A stretch of DNA of 64,000 bases from an uncultured virus (IMG/VR IMGVR_UViG_3300008012_000024) (Duplodnaviria > Heunggongvirae > Uroviricota > Caudoviricetes). The stretch spans positions 1 to 64,000 of the IMG/VR virus record IMGVR_UViG_3300008012_000024; one strand, given 5' to 3'. Both the position numbers and the translations under genes were made by a program. The notes under the pieces are model-generated. The model was not told the DNA's origin. It worked only from the letters and a program-made list of their open reading frames with translations, and searched no databases. Of the stretch, positions 9,205 through 19,000 are shown piece after piece (position 1 is the first letter of the stretch; every line of letters begins with the position of its first letter).

Positions 9205-12200
9205 TTAACTATTTTCTTCTAATTTTTCTATTCTAATCTCATGATTTTTTATAGATTCAATTAAAATCGGTATAATAGCATCATAGTTAACTGTTTTGGA
9301 CCCATCAGAATTAGTTTCAATAATTTGGGGTAAAACTTTTTCAACATCTTGTGCTATTAATCCAAGAGATGGTTTTTTACTTTCTTTCCAGTTAAATGCA
9401 ACTCCTTTTAATTGTTGCGTTATTCCTATAGGATCATTAATATTTTCAATATTAATTTTTGCTCTTACATCTGATAATGATGTAAAGGATTGTGAGGATA
9501 AATTTCCTGTAGATGGTTTGTAAAATAATTTAGTAGAATGAGTTGTAAGAATAGTAGTTATACCAGAGGTAACACTGGTAAAACCAATAGAATAGTCATT
9601 AGTATCAATACTAGTAGTAGGTAAATTCTCAATATTAAGTTCCCCTGCTCCACTACTAGATCCACCACTACCACCAACATCAGTTAAAATCGATGTTATG
9701 GCCCACTCATCTCCACCACTTGATGAGAACTGTACTTGTTCAACTTTAATGTAAACACCACTAGCAACTTTAGCATTTTCTGGAATTTCTGCTTGTACTT
9801 CTGTCCAAGCATTTGAAGCAGTAGCAGATTCATTAGTTCCAGCTCCACTTGTAACTCGTAATACTTTGTGGAATTGAGTCCAACCTACACCATCAAGGGA
9901 ATAATAAAGGAATAATTCTTCACCATTATCTGGACCTTCATACCAATTTCTACATACATGGAATGAAAATGTATTGGAATTTTTTAAGTATATTCTATTT
10001 GGTGTAATAACTTTTCTATCTGCACTAATATTAGGGGAACCTTCATCAAAAACACATATTGGAGTGTATTGATTTATCAAACCATCAGTTGATGATGTTG
10101 GTAAATTCACTGCACCTATTGTGTTATATTGGGCAATAGTAGTTGGCCATGCGTTATGAAAATAAGCACTAGCATAATTTGAAAAATCTAAAGCGGCAAA
10201 GGAACTATTAGTATTGGAAGAATAAGATCTTATGTAAACTGAACTCACCAGGTAGTGGTCGATGTTAGCACCACTAGATGATTGCTTTAGTCTTATGAAA
10301 ACTCCACCAGAGTTTTTAGCACCATCGGGAACTTTAAATACATTTCTTATCCATCTAAGACCATTTTGGGAAGAGCTATTAAACCTACCCCTCTCCCCAA
10401 TCTCATTCCAACCCGTAGTGCCATTATAAGAATATTCCAGTATTACTTCTTCCAAATCATCTGGTTGTTCACCCCAACCTCCTACTCCACCAGGAAGAGA
10501 CCAGAATTCAACCAATTCTGAAGATGCTAAAAATATTTTATTTCTAGTAGTGATAGTTCTCGTTTCAGTAGAACCAATACTACCTCCAGACGTACCAAAT
10601 TGAAAAACGTAATCATTGGATTGTATCCAAGGTAATGGTGTTGATGAAACATTTCCAAAATCAGAAAATGCATCAGTTAATGATCTTTGATATACAGTGC
10701 CTCTCATAACATTAGAGGTATTTGTTGCATCGAGTATAAGAGTTCCCGATCCACCACCTCCACCACCTATACCACCAGTATTTGGAGAAGTGATTTGTAT
10801 TGCTAATGCACTTATAGCCCAGTTATCAAAGGCAGTTCCACTACTATTGTCTTGTTTGAATCTAACATATGCACCTTCATAATTTTGTATTGCAGTTGGT
10901 ACATCTACTTCTTGAAGAACCCACGTATTTCTTGTTATATCTGATGGTTGAATTGTAAAAATGTTAGTCCAGTTAGTGCCGTTGAACGAATATTGGAGTG
11001 ATAAACCTTCACCAGAATCTGGTTGTTCACCCCATCCACTTCCACCTTGATTGACATAGAAAAATATCTTAGATATGGTGGCAAAATAAACTTTTCTACT
11101 TGTTCTTACCCATCTTTCTCCAGTTGTCCCTGAAAATAATGCAATTGATGCTCCAGATGTAACATTAGATGTGTTACTCATGCCACTTATATTACCTACA
11201 GTGGTAAAAGATACACCATCAACTAAATTATTACTAACAGTTTGAGTATTAACAACCAAATCTCCTGGAATGTCAAAATTCATCAATGTATAAGGTGTTG
11301 TAGATGTTAATCCTTTAACACCTTGTGCACCTTGTGAACCAGTGTCACCCTTGATACCACCTAAACCTATTCTGCCTTGAACACCCTGCCTTCCCTGTGT
11401 TCCCTGAGTGCCCTGCTCACCCTCGACACCCTGCATTCCTTGTGAACCTCTCCTGCCTTGTAATCCTTGAGTACCCTGTACACCTTGAGTACCTTGATCA
11501 CCTTTTGAACCAGTTATACCTCTACCTTGAACACCCTGTACACCTTGAACTCCTTGTAAACCCTGAGTACCTTGGGGTCCCTGAATTCCACTATACCCTT
11601 GTATTCCTTGAGGACCTTGAGTTCCTTGAACACCCTGAGAACCTTGAGGGGATAATCCTCCTTGAATTCCCTGAAGTCCTTGTAAACCTTGAACACCTTG
11701 GAATCCTTGAGATCCTTGAACACCTTGAAAATTACTTAAAGGACCCTGAAGTCCTTGCATTCCCTGTAAACCTTGTGTCCCTTGAGTGCCCTGAAAATTA
11801 CCAAGCACACCCTGGATTCCTTGCAACCCTTGAATACCTTGAATACCTTGAGCACCTTGGAATCCTTCCGTTCCTTGTAAACCTTGAACACCTTGGTGAC
11901 TTCTTCCTTGTAATCCTTGTAATCCTTGGAATCCTTGCGAACCTTGTAATCCTTGAACGCCTTGCAAACCTTGCAAACCTTGAAATCCTTGAGTTCCCTG
12001 GAATCCCTGCATTCCTTGAAGACCTTGAGATCCCTGTATACCTTGAAAACCTTGAACACCTTGAAATCCTTGGGATCCCTGTGTTCCTTGAAAATTACTT
12101 AAAGGACCCTGAAGTCCTTGCATTCCTTGTAAACCTTGTGTTCCTTGATTACCTTGTAATCCTTGAACACCCTGTAATCCTTGAAGTCCTTGTAAACCTT

Positions 12201-12678
12201 GAACGCCTTGGAATCCTTGGGATCCTTGAACACCCTGTAATCCTTGAAGTCCTTGTAAACCTTGAAGTCCTTGTAATCCTTGAAGTCCTTGTAATCCTTG
12301 AACACCTTGAAAATTTCCTAAAGGACCCTGTAATCCTTGTCTTCCCTGTAAACCTTGTGTCCCTTGATTACCTTGCAATCCTTGAGTACCTTGAGTACCT
12401 TGAAAATTGCTCAAAGCACCTTGCAGTCCCTGAGTACCTTGTATTCCAGCACCTTGTGTTTCAGTTGCTCTTATCCAATATCTTTCCCCAGCATAACCAT
12501 CGACAGCAGCAACCATATACTGATCGCCAGCAGGTATGGGTTTATTGACTATCGAAGAAACTCCAACTAAAGGATCTCCAAGATCTGGTTCTGCTTGATT
12601 TAATCCCAGAAATTGATATCTATCGGATGTTATTCCCGTTCTCGCAAGTTTTTTAACTCTTTTAGAATTAAGGTCCAT
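9205..12678 (-). CDS. tail fibre: collagen-like G-X-Q stalk, three reelin-subrepeat-like domains, C-terminal S74 chaperone
   Basis: GLQ/GTQ/GVQ run; 3x EqPD.GE.l.L.YS..G..W...Q.S....[13 protein letters not shown]...[12 protein letters not shown]. Confidence 0.85.
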   Translation of the reverse strand: MDLNSKRVKKLARTGITSDRYQFLGLNQAEPDLGDPLVGVSSIVNKPIPAGDQYMVAAVDGYAGERYWIRATETQGAGIQGTQGLQGALSNFQGTQGTQGLQGNQGTQGLQGRQGLQGPLGNFQGVQGLQGLQGLQGLQGLQGLQGLQGVQGSQGFQGVQGLQGLQGLQGVQGLQGNQGTQGLQGMQGLQGPLSNFQGTQGSQGFQGVQGFQGIQGSQGLQGMQGFQGTQGFQGLQGLQGVQGLQGSQGFQGLQGLQGRSHQGVQGLQGTEGFQGAQGIQGIQGLQGIQGVLGNFQGTQGTQGLQGMQGLQGPLSNFQGVQGSQGFQGVQGLQGLQGIQGGLSPQGSQGVQGTQGPQGIQGYSGIQGPQGTQGLQGVQGVQGVQGRGITGSKGDQGTQGVQGTQGLQGRRGSQGMQGVEGEQGTQGTQGRQGVQGRIGLGGIKGDTGSQGAQGVKGLTSTTPYTLMNFDIPGDLVVNTQTVSNNLVDGVSFTTVGNISGMSNTSNVTSGASIALFSGTTGERWVRTSRKVYFATISKIFFYVNQGGSGWGEQPDSGEGLSLQYSFNGTNWTNIFTIQPSDITRNTWVLQEVDVPTAIQNYEGAYVRFKQDNSSGTAFDNWAISALAIQITSPNTGGIGGGGGGSGTLILDATNTSNVMRGTVYQRSLTDAFSDFGNVSSTPLPWIQSNDYVFQFGTSGGSIGSTETRTITTRNKIFLASSELVEFWSLPGGVGGWGEQPDDLEEVILEYSYNGTTGWNEIGERGRFNSSSQNGLRWIRNVFKVPDGAKNSGGVFIRLKQSSSGANIDHYLVSSVYIRSYSSNTNSSFAALDFSNYASAYFHNAWPTTIAQYNTIGAVNLPTSSTDGLINQYTPICVFDEGSPNISADRKVITPNRIYLKNSNTFSFHVCRNWYEGPDNGEELFLYYSLDGVGWTQFHKVLRVTSGAGTNESATASNAWTEVQAEIPENAKVASGVYIKVEQVQFSSSGGDEWAITSILTDVGGSGGSSSGAGELNIENLPTTSIDTNDYSIGFTSVTSGITTILTTHSTKLFYKPSTGNLSSQSFTSLSDVRAKINIENINDPIGITQQLKGVAFNWKESKKPSLGLIAQDVEKVLPQIIETNSDGSKTVNYDAIIPILIESIKNHEIRIEKLEENS
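11320..12456 (-). repeat. 9-bp collagen-like Gly-X-Gln coding repeats
   Basis: ccttg 9-nt periodicity with GPLSNFQG interruptions. Confidence 0.95.
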
Positions 12679-12686
12679 ATTTTATA

Positions 12687-13046
12687 TTACTGTTTTGCTG
12701 TTTCAAGTACACTAAGTATTATTTCAAGAACACCATTTTCATTTGCAGTGACTTGAATACTATCTGATGTTTCTAATGCCAATCTTCCATCAGAAACTAA
12801 ATTTGCACCATCATTAGGTGCTACTAAAAATTCATTGGCAAAAGCAAAATTTATAGTTGATTCCGTTGGTCTTGAATGAAATGCACTAACTGTATATGCA
12901 CTCAATGCAGCTCCAGAAGAAACATTGGTGACTTGACATAATATTACAATAGATGCAACACCAATTGGGCATGTGTATATACCAACAGTATCAGTAGTTA
13001 CTGGTACTCGTATTGTTCGGAATTTATTAAGTGCTACTACTGCCAT
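12687..13046 (-). CDS. ~120-aa fibre adaptor-like beta-sandwich protein
   Basis: IYTCP...IVILCQVTN...LALETSDSIQV...LEIILSVLE; paralogues at 58.7, 59.8-60.2 and 62.7 kb. Confidence 0.65.
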   Translation of the reverse strand: MAVVALNKFRTIRVPVTTDTVGIYTCPIGVASIVILCQVTNVSSGAALSAYTVSAFHSRPTESTINFAFANEFLVAPNDGANLVSDGRLALETSDSIQVTANENGVLEIILSVLETAKQ

Positions 13047-16000
13047 TTATCCTATTGCAAGAATTAAAGGTGTTACTGTATTTAACAGACTTTGACTGAA
13101 TGCTCTACCACTAATTGTTCCAGTAAGTTGATTAATTGTAAACTGATCACCAATTTTAAAGTTACCAGCTTGATCCGTACTGGTATAAACAACTTGACCA
13201 CCATTGTTCATTACAACTTCATTTTCAGTTATAACAACTCCACCCAATCCAGGTTTTGCTGAGAAAATATTATTTCCAGCACCAACCCATTCAAAAGAGT
13301 GTGATGATGTAATTTGTAAACTTACTCTACTAAAATAGACTGTTGTTCCAGCACTCACTGTGTTATTTAGATTCTGGTTTAGAACAATAGTTGAGATTCC
13401 TGCAACAGGTTTTGTTGCACTTTCAATAGAATAATATAATGGATAAATTATGGTAGTTGCAGCTGCACCGACTCCTCCACCACCAGTAAACGTAACAGTT
13501 GGATTTGTCAAATATTGACTACCAGCACTAATAATATCTACTGAGATTACTCTTCCACTTGCATCAATATTTGGTGATCCCTCACAAACAATTCCATTTG
13601 GTCCTTCTGGATCTGAAATTGTAACTATTGGAGGTGCTATGTATCCAGAACCACCATCAGTAACTTCAATTTTTTGAACTGTATAATACAACTCTCCAAA
13701 ATATAATGCTTGTCCATCATAAGGACGATAACTACCAACTCCACTAACTGTTATAGTATCTTGCTCAACTTCTGCTATTCCAGAAGAAATGCCAGTATAT
13801 CTATAAATTGATTTAGATGTTTCATCACCGACACCATCAGCAACCAATCCCAATCTACCAAATGAGGAGTTTGAGTTTGTTAAGTCACATTGCCCACCTG
13901 AAGCGGTGAAAATTGCTGTATCGTTACAAATGGTAAATATAGAAACTAACTGAGAATATGCTCCATTTGTAATAGAAACTCCAATTCCTCCTTGGTTATA
14001 CTGTGTATATGAATCAACACTCATCGTTCCTGTAACACCAATATCTGGTAAATCACCAGGTTCTGCCTCAAATCCATCAACTTTCATTCCGATAGAATTT
14101 GGAATAAAGTTTGTACAGTTTCTAGTATAAGGTCCTTGAACAATATTACCAACCCCTCTAGAATATGGTGGTGTAACAGTTCCGCCAACAACATAAGTAT
14201 GATCTACACTAGAAGTTCCGACATTTACCGTAAAAGTATCATTTTCATTATCTGCACTTAATACTCTAAATGCATAACCGTTATTTCCAGAAGGATATAT
14301 TGTTGTAGTAGCCGCTCCACTAGAACATGCAAATTCCATATCTCTCAAAGTAACCAAATCACCTGATCTTAACTTAATTCCAGGTGAAGTAATTGTAACT
14401 ATTCCTGTAGTATGTGTGTAATCTGCTTGTGTAATGTTCATTGAACGATTAACAACATACCCATCAGAAACATATGTGTGTGGAATAGTACTAACACCAG
14501 TATATACATCAAAAGAATTATCACCATGTACCTTAGTTACATAGAACTCATATCCAAAATATCCAGATGGGAATCTTGTTGTTGAAATAGATCCACCAGA
14601 GGAACATGAGAATAACAGGTCTCTAATTTCAACCAAATCACCAACGTTAGGTGTATATCCTAATGCTTTAAGAGTTGTTTTTCCAGATTCTTTTTCGTAA
14701 ACAGCACTAGAAATTCCTGAGAGATGATCAAATCCTTCTCCACGATTTCCAGGATATGTTGTATTGAATCCAATTGTTGAGAATGCTGTTGATCCTAAAC
14801 CAACTATATTGGTGACAACCCCAACACATGACCTCATTGCTGATGCAACATCAGTACAAGAATTAATCGTATTGTTAAATCCAGACTTATAATCAGATTG
14901 AATAGATAAATCTTTTACTTGAGTGAACTCAGATTGGAAGTTACTAACCTTTTTAACTGTTCCACCACTTTCATATGTATGAGGTAATACTGTTTTGCCA
15001 GTTACTACTTCAAATACATCATCACTAAGAACATCTTTAACTGGGAAAATATAACCAAAAGTTCCATCAGGATAAATTTCAGATGTGTAATTGGAAGTTA
15101 ACGTTCCACCATTTACATAATTGTGTGCTTTTGTTGTAGTTCCTGTATTTACTTCAACTTTATTAGAAACGTATAACGCTGGGTAATTTGATAAATTACC
15201 GTCACTAATTACTGTGGTTATAATTGCAATAATATTATCAATATTCGTTTGCACATCTGCACAAGAACTAGGATCTTGATTATCACCTGTCAGAGGATCT
15301 GCTGTAATCGTTAAATCTTTTACATTTAATTGATTTGTAATTGCTTTCTTAGCATAATCGCGAATACTATTAAATGCCGTTATAGATTCTGACTCCTCTC
15401 CAAGTAATCCATTTGTAATTGGTGCACCATTTGCATCAAAATATGCTCTGGTAGATTCTCTAATAAATTTATTAGTCCCATATCTAATATCCTTTTCGAG
15501 AGCATCTACAATAAATCCGATGTCTCTACGACACTTATTTTCTCCAGCAACAAAAATACCTGCATTAACATAAGTTGTTTTTAAGAGATCAAGATTTCCT
15601 GCATCAATTATTACAACAACTAAAGAAGTTAAAGTGTCAATTGCACTTTGTACATTAGCACATGAATCTGATGACTGATTATCTCCAGTCACTGGATCAG
15701 CAGTAATAGTTAAATCTGTTACCGTAAGTTGATTAGTAATTGCCTGCTTCATTAAATCTCTAGCGGCATTAAAAGCATCTATAGATGATGCTTCTTCACC
15801 AACCAATCCATTTGAAATTGGTGTTCCATTATTAAAATAGAGTTTAACAAATGATATTGAATAACTATTTCCACCAGTAAATACATCAGTTGAAACTGCG
15901 TCTACAAAATAACCAATGTCACGTTTACACTTAGTTTCTGTTGAAGAATCTGCAGGATTTTCTCCAGCCTGCATTGTATTCCAAGCACTATTAATGATCT

Positions 16001-19000
16001 CCGTTCTGTTTTGCTGTATTAATCTATAAGCATCTTTAAATCTAGAAAATCTTGTTGTTTGTACATCATTAGGATAATAAAAATCTGGATGAGATATTGC
16101 AATCGAAGCTAAAGATTTATCAATAATTTCAGTTCTATTTGCTTTTATTAAATTTGCAGCATCAACATATCGATCATCAGTTGTAGATATAACTTCAAAA
16201 TCATATCCATTATTTCCAGATGGATAAACTGATTGACCTTGATCACAACTAAAAACTAATCCTCCAAGTTTTACTCTCTTTCCTGGTTCAATGAAAAGAT
16301 ATGGACCTGTTGGACCAGTTCCAGTAACTGTTACCGTAGTTATTCCAGTTAAATAATCATAATCTGCATCATCTACAGTAAATACTGGTGTATAAAGTTT
16401 GGATACTTGTCCACCACTCACGTAAGTATGAGGATTTGCATAAGTTGTAGATCCAGTATTTACTATAAATGTAGTGCTACTAGATGAAGAACTAATAACA
16501 TCTTGAACTGTAAATTCATATCCTTGATTTCCATCTGGATAAACGTCCGTTCCATCAACACACTCGAAAGTTAATCCTTCAATTTTAACTCGATCACCAG
16601 AGGATATTGGTAGATAACCAGAAGTTTGAATTGTTGTAATTCCTGTGCTGTTAGTGTAAGAAGCTGTTATAACACCAACAGGAACTCCAGAAGATCCAGA
16701 TGTACATGAATATGTCAGATTCTCAATTTTGACAGCATCATCTTTTAATAATCCATGATCTGTAGCAGTTATTGTAGTAATGCCAGTACTATAATCATAA
16801 TCTGCAGATACAACAGTTGTTCCAAATCCAACTACAGTTCCTCCCCAAGTAGAGTTATTAACAATTGCTCTAGCAACATCAAATGAATAGTCTAAAGTTG
16901 CAATTGTCTGTTCAATTTCACCTTTTTCATTGTCTAATGTACCAACTGCTAAGTTCCAATCATCATCATAATATGATTTACCAGCACCAACACACTTAGA
17001 GTTACCACCTCTAGTAATATCATATATTACAGATCTCCATATATCACCAACATCATCGGCACAATCAGCACTTTCTAATCTTACTCCATGAATTGTTGTA
17101 ATACCAGTAGCATAATTAAAATTATCAATAATATTAGTAATAATACCAACACGTTCTCTTATTTTTTCTCTAACTGCAGTGCAACCGCCACCAACTAAAA
17201 TTGGTGAGTAAGAAACATTTTGTGCAAGTTGACTATAAGTTGTAACACCAGGTTGAGATTTATAATCTTTGTTATCTATAATGTATGTTGTAACACCAAC
17301 AGCATATTGTATAGCGGATATAGTCGCATCTTGAATACTATTTCCATTTTCATCGTTTCCAATAATGTGGAGAAGTGTTCCTCCATCATCATAATAAGAT
17401 AATCCTGCACCAACACATTTTTTATTACTTCCAGCTTTCAAATCATAAGATAAAGAACGCAAAATATCTTTAATATCATCTTCACAATTAGATGGATCTG
17501 TAGAAATACCTGAAGAATTAGTAACAACAAATGGTTGACCAGCGGAACCAACGTATGCAGTGGTTAAAAATCCTACTGTTTCTGCAGCAATATAGTCAAT
17601 ATTTAAATCAATTAATCTTGCAGCATCTTGCTCTCTATGATTTCCAGCAAATCCACTATATCCACTAGTTAAGAATCCTACAGATTCTTTCGCAATATAA
17701 TCTAAATTCAATCTAATCATTCTTGCAGCATCAAAGAATCTATCCGTAGCAACCCCCAATAAAGGTTGTAATGCTACCACTGCAGCTCCATCAGTCATTT
17801 CTGGACCGATAAAGCTAATATCAGTTATATGACATCCATTATTAACATAAATCAAATCTTGATTTGGATTTTTTGGTGTAATAATACAATTTCTAAGTTC
17901 TGTTCCTTCAATCGAAACAATTTTATTCAGAATAACAGGATTATCCTCAACATATGTGCCTGGAAATACTTTTATAGTATCATTTGTTAATGCAACAGAT
18001 GAAGCTCCTTTTATAGTTCGCTTTGGATGATTTTCTGCAAGACCAGTATTATTATCATCACCATTTATAGAAACAAATATCGTTCTTCCAACTGGTTTAT
18101 ATGATTGAACTTCTACTTTACCTTTTCCTGGAACTTGAGTTTCAAAAATATCAATACCAATTCCTGGAACAATTTGAGTAACAATTCCACTTAGAGTATC
18201 ACCATTACCAAAATAATTTGTTGCTGTTGCTGTTCCAACTACAGTCAGTGTATTTGTAATTGCACTCGTTCCAATACCAATACTACCAGAGGATGGATTG
18301 AAAACTAATTTTTCACTAGATACCTCTATCACTTCAGTTGATCCAACAGTAACGTTGGTCATCACTGGATAAAGAACTACATCTTCATCGGTATCATCAA
18401 CTTCAAATTGTGTTATTCCCTTAGGACCTTGCAATCCTTGAAGTCCTTGAGTACCTTGGATTCCTTGAACTCCTTGTAATCCTTGAGTGCCCTGAACTCC
18501 CTGGAATCCCTGTGTCCCCTGTGTTCCTTGTAAACCTTGAGTACCTTGCGTTCCCTGGAGTCCTTGAATACCTTGGAGTCCTTGTGTTCCCTGAACTCCC
18601 TGTAAACCTTGCGTTCCTTGATGTCCCTGTAAACCTTGAGTTCCTTGAACTCCTTGTAAACCCTGAGTACCTTGGGGTCCCTGTAAACCTTGAGTGCCTT
18701 GAGTTCCTTGGAAATTCGATCTTACACCCTGTAAACCTTGGAGACCTTGGGTACCCTGATTTCCTTGTAATCCTTGAACACCTTGAACACCTTGAACACC
18801 CTGAGTACCTTGAGTACCTTGAACACCCTGAGGTCCCTGAAGACCCTGTGTTCCTTGTGTAGATTGAACTCCCTGTAAACCTTGAAGACCTTGAACACCC
18901 TGATTTCCTTGTAGTCCTTGAGTACCTTGAAAATTGCCAATTACACCTTGTAATCCCTGTAAACCTTGTAATCCCTGTAAACCTTGAAGTCCTTGTAATC

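Noticed and set aside
11397..12548. 383-aa plus-strand ORF and other alternative-frame ORFs in collagen tracts (also 18512-19708)
   Set aside because: Shadows of low-complexity repeats that lack stops in other frames
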